Shown here piece by piece: positions 28,939 to 37,932 of a DNA stretch of 44,345 nt. The number at the start of each line of letters is the position of its first letter. The stretch's first letter is position 1. The position numbers and the translations under genes were made by a program. The stretch is from Promethearchaeota archaeon (GTDB lineage Archaea > Asgardarchaeota > Lokiarchaeia > Sigyniarchaeales > SOKP01), in contig SHMW01000017.1 in assembly GCA_008080735.1 (NCBI GenBank), positions 14,196 to 58,540 of the forward strand, read 5' to 3'. The notes beneath the pieces were generated by a model. The model ran no database searches. It was given only the letters and a program-made list of their open reading frames with translations, and had not been told where the DNA came from.

Positions 28939-31815
28939 TTAATTTAAATGTAAATTTTTAAGAATTGTTTGAGGGATTCCTGTATCAATATCTTTATTAT
29001 ATATGAATCCTGTCGTTTTGCTATACCATTCTGGGATATATTCCTCCTTTAAATAATAATAAAGAATTTTATCATTATCCAAACAGGTACTAACAATATT
29101 TCTGGTCTGTAAACTTTGTAAAATATTTTCATTAATAGTAATTGTATATCTGTAGAACTTATTTGGAATCGCGTTTATATGACCCTTAATTAATCCTTTA
29201 TGTATCTTTTTCGCTTTTGTATCTATAGGGATGAATAAATCCACTTGATTTGGATAACCCTCAATTAAATTAAAATTTTGGCTCAATAGATTAAATTTTA
29301 AATTTTTAAATTCTTTACATAAAACTCGAGTTGTATTGGGTTTTACAATTTCCTTAAAATATTGATCAAATTCACTCCTTAATTGTGGTTCTTCTATTTT
29401 AAAATATTTTCCAAAAAATTCATGATTCAAATTTTGACTAGATGCTTTTTTCAAGATATTTTCTGTGATATTCTTTACCATATTATTTTCGTAGATCCGA
29501 TGAAAAAATAGTCTATTATTTTTGTCTGAAGGATCTATTAACTTCATGAGAAAAAATAGACCCCCATCATCATATTCTAAATTTCGATTGCATCTTCCAG
29601 CAACTTGAATTATAGAATCTAAGGGTGCAAAATCTCGAAAAACTACTGAAAAAGAAAAATCAACTCCCGCTTCGATAACTTGAGTAGATATTACAATTAT
29701 TCGTTTCTTTTTTCTATCTAAACTAGATAATTGAGTATTATGTTTTAAATGAAATTTAATTTTTTCAATTTTATGTTGTCTATCCTTTGGCAATACTAAT
29801 GTTGATAATAATTCAATTTTTGTATTTTTTAGTTTTACTTTTGATAATTCTTGAAATGTTTTTATTGTAGCCCATTTTGTATTTAGTACTAGAAGAATAT
29901 CTTTATTTGGATTTGAACTCACATAGTCTAAAAATGAATCTATAAATTCTCCTAATAAAAATTCTCTTTCAAAATAAAAAATGGTGTATCTATTGATTGC
30001 TTGACAAAGTTCGATTTCATTTGGATAAGGTGAAATCTTAACCATTTTTTTCAAATGGTCTTTGGCTATCATCTCTGTATCATCTTTATGAATTATAGCT
30101 GGTAAAGTTGCAGTTGATAAAATAAAAGTAGAATTAAGTAAATGACTGAAATTTTCCACAATCTTTCCAATAATACCCCAGTACTTAATAGGAAGACATT
30201 GAACTTCATCTAAAATTATTATAGAATTCGCTAATCGATGAAATTTCAAAAAATTTTTTTTTAATGGTTTTATCAAAGAGTTGAAAATTTTAACAAATGT
30301 AGTAACTACAAATTCCGATCTCCAAGTTGATATTAACCATTTTGCATCCTTTCCGTAGATCATTTTAATTTCTTCTTCATGCAATTTCGACCCATTCTTA
30401 TATTCTTCTCTCCATGAAATATCACTAACGTAATTATCTATCGTTAAAAGAGAAGAACTTAAGATTTTTTTGTTATCCTTGTTTTCAAAAATATCACTTA
30501 TTTGATTTGCTACTTGTGAACCTATTGAGATAAATGGTAATCCATAAATGATTTTTGGTCTAAAACTATATTTTTTTTCATATTTACAAGAAAGCTTAAC
30601 GGCAAGATTTAGTAATGTTAAAGTTTTTCCCGCTCCAGTAGGGGAGCTTAACATGAATATTCCCCCCGCATCCAATTCTTCTTCATTTGCCTTTTTAAAT
30701 AATTGGTTTCGTAATTCGTATATTACATTTTTTGGTTCCTCGGGTTCAAATTTTTTTAATTTTTGACTAAATTTGGAAAAGGGTTTAGAAACAAAATTTA
30801 CTATAATGTTTTCATCTTTAAATGATTTAAAGGGAGGGGAAAATGGGAATTCATGTTGCTTTGCATTCTCCTTTGGAAAAAATCTGGCATCCCAAATATC
30901 TAGGTCACAGAGTAATGAAGCTACAAAAATTTGTAATACATAAAGATTAATTGAATCTGAACTATTGAACCCTTTCTTAATATTTTCGATCTTCTTAAAA
31001 TCTTTTTTAATTCTGTATCTGTAACTCATATCTAACGGATTTTGAGGATTTAAAGATAATAAGTCATTTTTGAATTTAATAAAAGCCTTTTTTAGTAAAT
31101 TATTTAATTCTTTTTGATATAAATCATAAAAAGGTAGATTGGAATTATGTGTGGGATTTTCTTTAGCTATATTGATTTTTTCTGAGAGATTCTCAAAAAA
31201 AGTATGTATATTTGATATGATAGAACTTATATAGCTAAAAATTACATTAAAATCCTCTGATCTGAAATCGCTTATAAATTCGATATAGTTTTCAAATATA
31301 TACGGAGAATGGTGATTTAGTATTGTATTAAACACTAAATATTTTATGATTTTTAATTCATTTTCAGATATTTTGTATTTGCCATCCAAACTGCTTAACA
31401 TCTGAATTTTTTTCTCATGATTGGCAAAATCACAAATTACGTCACATAAGCATATAGAAAATAAAGCACTTATTAGAGTATGATAAGAAAATTTAATCTC
31501 GCTACTTGGAATAGGGGAAGGATGTCGGTTATTTATTTCTCGATAAATTTTATATTGAAAATGTGGAAGGATCTTTCCGAAATCATGAGTGATGGTAGAT
31601 ATTAGTAAACTAATTTGTATAATTTTGTTAATTTGGGTTGAAAATGATAAGTAAGATCTGAGATATTCTTTGAGTTCAATAAAGATATTAGATATATGGT
31701 CAACAAGCGTTTGATCCGGTCTTGCGAGAAAAATAAATTCAGGATCTTCCCAAATCTCCATAAAATTTTTAAAATCTTTTTCAAACATTTTCTCGTTAAA
31801 AAAAAATTTAATCAT
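28939..31815 (-). CDS. cas3: Cas3 HD nuclease/SF2 helicase
   Basis: LVDH, HDFGK, YHTLIS, NHH and CDLD (HD domain). SPTGAGKT, LDEVQ, STAT, STQVIEAGVD and QVAGRCNR (helicase). Confidence 0.95.
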   Translation of the reverse strand: MIKFFFNEKMFEKDFKNFMEIWEDPEFIFLARPDQTLVDHISNIFIELKEYLRSYLSFSTQINKIIQISLLISTITHDFGKILPHFQYKIYREINNRHPSPIPSSEIKFSYHTLISALFSICLCDVICDFANHEKKIQMLSSLDGKYKISENELKIIKYLVFNTILNHHSPYIFENYIEFISDFRSEDFNVIFSYISSIISNIHTFFENLSEKINIAKENPTHNSNLPFYDLYQKELNNLLKKAFIKFKNDLLSLNPQNPLDMSYRYRIKKDFKKIENIKKGFNSSDSINLYVLQIFVASLLCDLDIWDARFFPKENAKQHEFPFSPPFKSFKDENIIVNFVSKPFSKFSQKLKKFEPEEPKNVIYELRNQLFKKANEEELDAGGIFMLSSPTGAGKTLTLLNLAVKLSCKYEKKYSFRPKIIYGLPFISIGSQVANQISDIFENKDNKKILSSSLLTIDNYVSDISWREEYKNGSKLHEEEIKMIYGKDAKWLISTWRSEFVVTTFVKIFNSLIKPLKKNFLKFHRLANSIIILDEVQCLPIKYWGIIGKIVENFSHLLNSTFILSTATLPAIIHKDDTEMIAKDHLKKMVKISPYPNEIELCQAINRYTIFYFEREFLLGEFIDSFLDYVSSNPNKDILLVLNTKWATIKTFQELSKVKLKNTKIELLSTLVLPKDRQHKIEKIKFHLKHNTQLSSLDRKKKRIIVISTQVIEAGVDFSFSVVFRDFAPLDSIIQVAGRCNRNLEYDDGGLFFLMKLIDPSDKNNRLFFHRIYENNMVKNITENILKKASSQNLNHEFFGKYFKIEEPQLRSEFDQYFKEIVKPNTTRVLCKEFKNLKFNLLSQNFNLIEGYPNQVDLFIPIDTKAKKIHKGLIKGHINAIPNKFYRYTITINENILQSLQTRNIVSTCLDNDKILYYYLKEEYIPEWYSKTTGFIYNKDIDTGIPQTILKNLHLN

Positions 31816-31826
31816 TAAATAAAAAA

Positions 31827-32843
31827 TTATAAGTTGATTTGATATAATTCCAGAGAGGATTTTACAAATTTTTTAGTATTTTTTATTGATGAAAATTCTT
31901 CTCCTTCATAGTAGTAAGTTATTTCTTTGTCTTCTTTGTATCCTATCTTAAAGATTTCATCCCCATATTTTTGAATTATTTCAATTAATCCCCCAATTTC
32001 AAAACAACACTCTTTAAAATTACTCGAATTATTATCTAATAACTTAATAGAATTTTTTATGTTAGGTATTTGTAATCGTGGATCTTTAGGGCAAATTGAT
32101 AATAATAAACGTGGCAGTTGCTGAAATTTAGTTCTTGTATTATGTGATTTTATTCCATTCCACATCGCGTTCAACAGATTTGGATAGTCTTCCTCTTGAG
32201 CACCAGAATATTTTGATAAAGATTTCTTAATAATACCATATACAGGAAAAATTGCATAATCAATTATTGAATATCTTCCCATAGATCCTGCCCCCTTTCC
32301 CGCTTCACTCGCCAGAGTTGAGGTTATTGGAATTCGAATAATCCGAGGAATATTCAAAGAGAGAGTATTTTGAAATTGAACTGGACCTGTGGTTGCATGT
32401 AAATCTCTGTGAACATAAAACATCGATCCAAAAAGGCGATGATCTATAAATCGAGTTTCTATTAGTTTAATTAGTTCTTTTCTAGACATATTTTTTAAGC
32501 GCTTTTTCGAAACATCAAAAATATCCATTAAGTTTTGCTTAATTGGTATTTCTTTTCCATTTTTATATTTGAAGGATTGTCTCATCAAGATATTGTTTTT
32601 TTGCGTTTTATCTTTATTTAGGAAATGTCTCCGAATCATATATTTAAAAGATACATCCGTGATTATTGCTCTTCTGGAATGCGAATCTATTCTTGGGCCT
32701 TGGAAGCCAGTTTCTCTTTCCCCGTTTGGATTACAGTCTCGCGCATCAAAAAGAAATAAAATTTGGCGAGAATTCAAATATTCAATTGAATTTCCATTAC
32801 CTATCTCGCTTCCGATAGCATTTTTATCTTCAGACTCAGACAT
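31827..32843 (-). CDS. cas7: Second, divergent Cas7b/Csh2-family protein
   Basis: CNPNG...PRID...ITDVSFKYMIR, FIDHRLFG, TGPVQF and NTRTKFQQLPRLL, all alignable to 33739-34707. Confidence 0.88.
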   Translation of the reverse strand: MSESEDKNAIGSEIGNGNSIEYLNSRQILFLFDARDCNPNGERETGFQGPRIDSHSRRAIITDVSFKYMIRRHFLNKDKTQKNNILMRQSFKYKNGKEIPIKQNLMDIFDVSKKRLKNMSRKELIKLIETRFIDHRLFGSMFYVHRDLHATTGPVQFQNTLSLNIPRIIRIPITSTLASEAGKGAGSMGRYSIIDYAIFPVYGIIKKSLSKYSGAQEEDYPNLLNAMWNGIKSHNTRTKFQQLPRLLLSICPKDPRLQIPNIKNSIKLLDNNSSNFKECCFEIGGLIEIIQKYGDEIFKIGYKEDKEITYYYEGEEFSSIKNTKKFVKSSLELYQINL

Positions 32844-32876
32844 TGTATTTTAAATCCTCTTTATTAAGAATTTTAT

Positions 32877-33734
32877 TTAGATTTCTTCAGATATTAGATC
32901 TTTACCATTAGGAATAAATATTATATTTAGGACTTCAGATTTATTATCCGCTATTTTGATTTCGACAGAATAAATATCTACATCATTTTTTACCTTAATC
33001 TTCAAATTACTCTCTTTACCACCGGGTAAAATGAAATTTTCTCCGAATGTATTAACAATTTTAGTATCTTTCATTTCCATTCTGATAGGGATATTCATAA
33101 TAATGGAAACTTTGCGTTCTAAAATATTCAAATAATTCTGATCTATACAAGAAACTGGAATTACAGAACTAATTCTTTCTATATCATTTGGAATTTTTTT
33201 AATGGGATATTCTCCAATATATATTATATCTGCTAAAAGATTTGCATGTCCTAAATATGTTGGAAAAATACTCCAATTATTTTTCAAATATCTTTTAAGT
33301 TTATCATACAATTCTTGATCTATTTCTTTTTCTGGTAATTTATAATAAATCCTATAATGCACGTCCCTTAATAGGTCCAATTTTACGTCAGTAACAAATC
33401 CGCGTTTTTCCCCATCAGAGAGATATGTTTTAAGTGTCCCCGATCTTCCACCTATATTCACAGTATATTTAGTATGAGCATAGTTAACTGTAAGAGGAGC
33501 ATGTTGAAATTCAGAATTCTCTCCTAAATTTAGCAACTGAATAGCAATTTCAGAATTACCTAATGGATCATCTATTTCCCAATAAGAATTTTTTTCTTTT
33601 CCTATCATTGCTCCAATTAATCCTATAATTGATGTTCTTGTAAAAGGAAACGAAAGTGTGGCACGAGTAACTTCTGGGGTTTTGAAAAAACCGAAGTCTC
33701 CTAACACATCAAATACTAAAACTTTATCTGTCAT
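32877..33734 (-). CDS. cas5: Cas5b (Cas5h) Cascade subunit
   Basis: FDVLGDFGFFK.PE....TLSFPF.RTSIIGLIGAMIG, DVHYRIY and TYLGHANLLA. Confidence 0.92.
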   Translation of the reverse strand: MTDKVLVFDVLGDFGFFKTPEVTRATLSFPFTRTSIIGLIGAMIGKEKNSYWEIDDPLGNSEIAIQLLNLGENSEFQHAPLTVNYAHTKYTVNIGGRSGTLKTYLSDGEKRGFVTDVKLDLLRDVHYRIYYKLPEKEIDQELYDKLKRYLKNNWSIFPTYLGHANLLADIIYIGEYPIKKIPNDIERISSVIPVSCIDQNYLNILERKVSIIMNIPIRMEMKDTKIVNTFGENFILPGGKESNLKIKVKNDVDIYSVEIKIADNKSEVLNIIFIPNGKDLISEEI

Positions 33735-33738
33735 TTAA

Positions 33739-34707
33739 TTACTCTCCTTGAAAATCTAGCCAATCAACAGTAATACCTGAAAATTTTTTAGATAAATAGT
33801 TTTTAATGTTCTGAATCATCTCGTCTCCATCATATAAAGCTAACGCATCATCATGGAGAAGATTTATAGAATCTATATTTTCTTTTCCTCCCTCTATTCT
33901 CTCTATAAAAGTTGAGATATCCAAACGAGCCTCCTCAACTGAGTTGATCTCGTTTTCCTTTAATATGAATCCAAGATCCAGATCGCCAATTTGTGATTTA
34001 CCTTTTTTTGATTCTATATCCATTAATAGTCGCGGCATATGGTTAAATTTACTTCTTGTATTCAATTGTTTAGTTCCCATCCACATCCCTCGGAATAATT
34101 CATTCAAATCCTCTCTTGTAAACATAGTTTTTATCGCATTTATTTCACTTGCAATTCCATGGAAGTTTATCAAGGAATAATCCACTATATGATATTCTCC
34201 AAAAGTTCCTTGACCCTTCTCTTCTGTAGAAGCAAGAGTTGCGGTAATTGTCTTTGTCTTTATTAATGGTTTATTCAAAGAACGACCTAATCCAAATTGA
34301 ACTGTCCCTGTAATGGAATAATTAGCGTTTGATAAAGTTACCGCGGCTCCAAAACTCCTAACATCTATAAATTCCTTAGGTAAATCTGTTGCTAATTTTG
34401 CACGTGCTTCAGCGGCTTTAGATTTAGTAATAGAACCCATATTTAAAAACTCTGTTGCCAAATCATCCATGGTTTTTCTATTACCCTCTTTATTTGTTTC
34501 GGCTCGTACTAATATCTTTTCTCCATTTTCTAACCAAAAATCCCGGATCGTTCTCTTTAATCGAACATCAGTTACAATATTTTGTTCAGTTTCATCATCC
34601 ATACGTGGCATGTTTGAGTTATCGGGATCCCCGTTTGGATTTGCGTCTCTCACATCATACATGAACACAATTTCATGTCTATTTTCCAATAAATTATTTT
34701 TTGACAT
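33739..34707 (-). CDS. cas7: Cas7b/Csh2 Cascade backbone subunit (type I-B)
   Basis: YDVRDANPNGDPD.N.PRMD, VTDVRLKRTIRD, FIDVRSFG, SITGTVQFG.GRSL and TRSK...PRLL. Confidence 0.95.
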   Translation of the reverse strand: MSKNNLLENRHEIVFMYDVRDANPNGDPDNSNMPRMDDETEQNIVTDVRLKRTIRDFWLENGEKILVRAETNKEGNRKTMDDLATEFLNMGSITKSKAAEARAKLATDLPKEFIDVRSFGAAVTLSNANYSITGTVQFGLGRSLNKPLIKTKTITATLASTEEKGQGTFGEYHIVDYSLINFHGIASEINAIKTMFTREDLNELFRGMWMGTKQLNTRSKFNHMPRLLMDIESKKGKSQIGDLDLGFILKENEINSVEEARLDISTFIERIEGGKENIDSINLLHDDALALYDGDEMIQNIKNYLSKKFSGITVDWLDFQGE

Positions 34708-34801
34708 TTTTATAACCCTTCCTTAATTTTGAATTTTTTAGTTTTTGAGTTTTGTTAAGAATTTTAAGCAAAAACTCAACTAAGAAATTATTTTATAATA
34801 T

Positions 34802-36187
34802 TCACCGATTGATTTTTCTGAATAAACGGAAAAAACTTTCATAACCTTGAATAAATGAAATTATAACTTCATTAGGATCTACTCTTTCCGGTAAGGTCCC
34901 AATTAGTTTTACTAATTTTACTCTTATTTTGTTTAATTTTTGGAAATATTTTATATCATTTACGTTCTTTCGGGATATTTTTAGAGATTTTTCAATCTGA
35001 TCGCTCCATAAATATATATAAGTCTTGTATATTTCCATATATAACTCTTGAATGCTCTTCCTCACAAAATGCCGAAATAAAACATTTAATCTTTTATCTA
35101 ATCTCCCTGTTTTTACGGTTAATTTTTCTTCATGATTAGTCGTCTGAAATAGAATTCCCAATAAAAATGCTACTTTCTCAGCCTTATTTCTAAACTTCAT
35201 TTTCTTAAATTGATTAACATAATGATCTTCTGTGACAATATTTTTACCTCCAACTGAAATGGTTTTAGGTTCTCCAATATCTTCAAATATGTCTTTTTCT
35301 TTATAGCTATATTTTAGGCAATCTTCCCACAGAAATCCTGTAATAAAACCTAAAAAAAGATCTTCATCTCTAAAAGTTATAGTATCCTCCGCTATATATT
35401 TAAAAATGTCTAGTTGGATATTATCGTAGGGCAAAAATGTATTGATATCATTTTTTGGAATCTTTGAAATATTTGTGGTAAAGATTTTCAAAATAATACT
35501 ATTTGTTTCTCGTAAAATTTTTCTCAAATTTCTTAGATTGGGATTTCTTATATAGGATTTTAGAAATTTATTTAAACTTGAGGTCTTTAAATCTCTAATT
35601 TGCTTTTTAATGACTCGGAAGATGAATAATGCTGAGAGGAAACCCAATTGAAATGAATAATTCTTCTCATATCCATCATAATGCCATATTTTTTCGTAAA
35701 CAGGTGGGTTTATATTTTTTTTGCCAAATGTATCTAAAATCGCCATGGAATATAGATTATATCCAGTTATCATAGCTAAACTAAGATCTTCAGGGTCAGA
35801 TACCCAATCCCCCTCTTTTAAATTAGATAGTAAATCATCTACTTTTTCATAGAGAAAAGTTCTTGGAATATGTTTAGTTTTTGCTATAGAATTCTGAAGT
35901 CGTTTACATTTTTTCCATAAAAACTTGGCTTTTTGGTATGAGACTATTTTAAAAAGAATTATAACCTCTTTTGGAATACTCCCTGTTTGGTAAAATTTTT
36001 GTTGTCTATACGTGGTGTTATTTAAAAGCGCTCCCAAATAAAGTATCGTTCTAAGATCCTTTTCTTTGAAAAATCTCGTAGACTTAAATTCGTTTAAACG
36101 CGTTTCAAAAGCCTCCTTAATCTTATTTAAATAATCTACAAATTGACTCTTTTCACTAGTAAGATTTACGTTAATCATGTTTGACAT
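34802..36187 (-). CDS. Protein of three tandem Cas11b-like (small subunit) domains
   Basis: Three ~110-120 aa units, each opening with [YF]-x-LG-x-L (LYLGALL / FQLGFLS / AFLLGILF) and closing with D-x-[ED]...[IQT]-G-[YF] (DPEDLSLAMITGY / RDEDLFLGFITGF / DPNEVIISFIQGY). This resembles the C-terminal Cas11 region of Csh1/Cas8b. Start at 36187 overlaps the cas8 stop (TAATG) and follows GGAGG. Confidence 0.72.
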   Translation of the reverse strand: MSNMINVNLTSEKSQFVDYLNKIKEAFETRLNEFKSTRFFKEKDLRTILYLGALLNNTTYRQQKFYQTGSIPKEVIILFKIVSYQKAKFLWKKCKRLQNSIAKTKHIPRTFLYEKVDDLLSNLKEGDWVSDPEDLSLAMITGYNLYSMAILDTFGKKNINPPVYEKIWHYDGYEKNYSFQLGFLSALFIFRVIKKQIRDLKTSSLNKFLKSYIRNPNLRNLRKILRETNSIILKIFTTNISKIPKNDINTFLPYDNIQLDIFKYIAEDTITFRDEDLFLGFITGFLWEDCLKYSYKEKDIFEDIGEPKTISVGGKNIVTEDHYVNQFKKMKFRNKAEKVAFLLGILFQTTNHEEKLTVKTGRLDKRLNVLFRHFVRKSIQELYMEIYKTYIYLWSDQIEKSLKISRKNVNDIKYFQKLNKIRVKLVKLIGTLPERVDPNEVIISFIQGYESFFRLFRKINR

Positions 36188-37761
36188 TATTGATAATCCC
36201 TCCATAATTTGCCATTAGAAAATAAGAAATTATATAATTCATAACTTTTTAATGGGGATCTATAAGATAATTTTATTCTCTTTTTTTCATCATTTTCTGT
36301 TCTAAATGCAATAAAACTCTTTTTTAAAGGTACCGCAGTATCTTTAATAAAATTTTTCCTGTACACTTTTTTTAAACTTAATAATGAAGAATAATAATGC
36401 AAAAAACTTCTCGAATCCATTAAATTTTTTAGCCCCGATAAGCGAACTTTATTAATATCTAGAATATCATTATTCTTTGCCTTGAAAAAAAGATCTGCAA
36501 GCTTTTCGATATTACTGCTGTTCATAATAATTTGAGACATAATTTGTTTTGTCTTAGGATTTAATTTTTGATTGGTTATTTTAAAATATAAATCCATTAT
36601 AGGTATTGCCTTTTCCTCTGAAAATAATTCAATAACAATCTCTTCGATAGGGAATGAATTTGAAATACTTTCCAGTTGTTTTTCATTCTTTGAAATCCTT
36701 TCTTGATAATCTGTTTTTAATTTATTCAATTCCTTTTTTGTTAATTCTTTTGCTTTCTCATTAATATCTTCAATTGAAGAACGTAATTGTTTTAAGTTAT
36801 CTTCAAAATTTTTCTTAGCTTTTTCATCATAATGTTGTTTTGCTTTTTTTATCGTTTCAACGTCATCTTTTAAAGACTTTAAATCTTTAGACAATGGTAT
36901 TACATAATGATAGATCGGAACAGATTTTCTTCCTTCTTTAATTTTATAGGAATAAAAAGTTAGATCTTCTTTCAAAATAACATAGCCTAAAAGGGAATAA
37001 AAATAACAATTGCTACACATGAGATATTGGAATGAAAAATCTGAGGTATTTTCAAAAAATGCAGATTGAAAACTGGCTTGATCTATTGTATATAATCCAA
37101 AATTAAACCCTTCACGAATACCTTTTGAACTTCCGCAAATCGAACATTTTCCATCTTCATCTAATTTATCCGTTTTTCCAAGATAAATATATTCATACAT
37201 TCTGCGCATTAGAGGAATCTCTCCCAAGAATTTTTCACCGTCTTCATCAATTATTTTAAATATCAATGGATTTTGGAAGCTAGAATATCCTTGTTTTTCT
37301 AAAAAATTAGCAAGCTTCTCTTGAATTTCTTTTTTATTTTCTTTAATATATTCAAGTAGATTTTTAATCTTTAGAGTATAATTTCCAAAATCAGCTTCTA
37401 ATAACTCAAAAATAGGTTTTTTATCGATCTTTTCCTTGAGGATTTTAATGATTTTATTTAGCTTGATTTTTCTATTCTTTCCCGATTTACTCCAACCAGT
37501 ACTCAAGGTTAATGAATAATTTGTTGATCTCCCAGAGGTCAATCCTAAAAGATAATCTCTTGATTTTTCAGCTTCATAATCAATAATTCTATACTCAAAT
37601 GAGATATCTTCGATTTCCTGAATATTTGCTTTTATTGTTAGTAATTTTGGAGGATTTTCATCATCTGATTTAACAGGATTTTGGGTTCTTATTAAAATTT
37701 CATATGGTTCTTGTTCATCGTAAAACGCTCTCCCGATCTTTTGGATTTGATTAATAATCAT
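36187..37761 (-). CDS. cas8b: Cas8b1 (Csh1/TM1802-like) large subunit lacking the C-terminal Cas11 domain
   Basis: MI..I..IG N-terminus, CSIC...YTIDQASF...CSNC zinc finger (similar to Csh1 FYT.DK.GF) and YVIP. First gene of the Cascade block. Confidence 0.78.
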   Translation of the reverse strand: MIINQIQKIGRAFYDEQEPYEILIRTQNPVKSDDENPPKLLTIKANIQEIEDISFEYRIIDYEAEKSRDYLLGLTSGRSTNYSLTLSTGWSKSGKNRKIKLNKIIKILKEKIDKKPIFELLEADFGNYTLKIKNLLEYIKENKKEIQEKLANFLEKQGYSSFQNPLIFKIIDEDGEKFLGEIPLMRRMYEYIYLGKTDKLDEDGKCSICGSSKGIREGFNFGLYTIDQASFQSAFFENTSDFSFQYLMCSNCYFYSLLGYVILKEDLTFYSYKIKEGRKSVPIYHYVIPLSKDLKSLKDDVETIKKAKQHYDEKAKKNFEDNLKQLRSSIEDINEKAKELTKKELNKLKTDYQERISKNEKQLESISNSFPIEEIVIELFSEEKAIPIMDLYFKITNQKLNPKTKQIMSQIIMNSSNIEKLADLFFKAKNNDILDINKVRLSGLKNLMDSRSFLHYYSSLLSLKKVYRKNFIKDTAVPLKKSFIAFRTENDEKKRIKLSYRSPLKSYELYNFLFSNGKLWRDYQ

Positions 37762-37932
37762 TTTCTTTTATGTTGATTAATACCCTGTATTTTTTGAATA
37801 AATGTCCTTTTTTAATAAATTATTAATAAGTTTATGATTTAAAAGTTTTGTGAAATTAACAAATTTAACAATTTGTCAATTTTGATTTTTGATGAAATTC
37901 TTAATTAATTGAAATTAAAACTGATCCAATTC

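Noticed and set aside
28017-37884. CRISPR-associated transposon or casposon
   Set aside because: There is no transposase, TniQ, integrase or PolB gene in the window, and Cas3 is intact.
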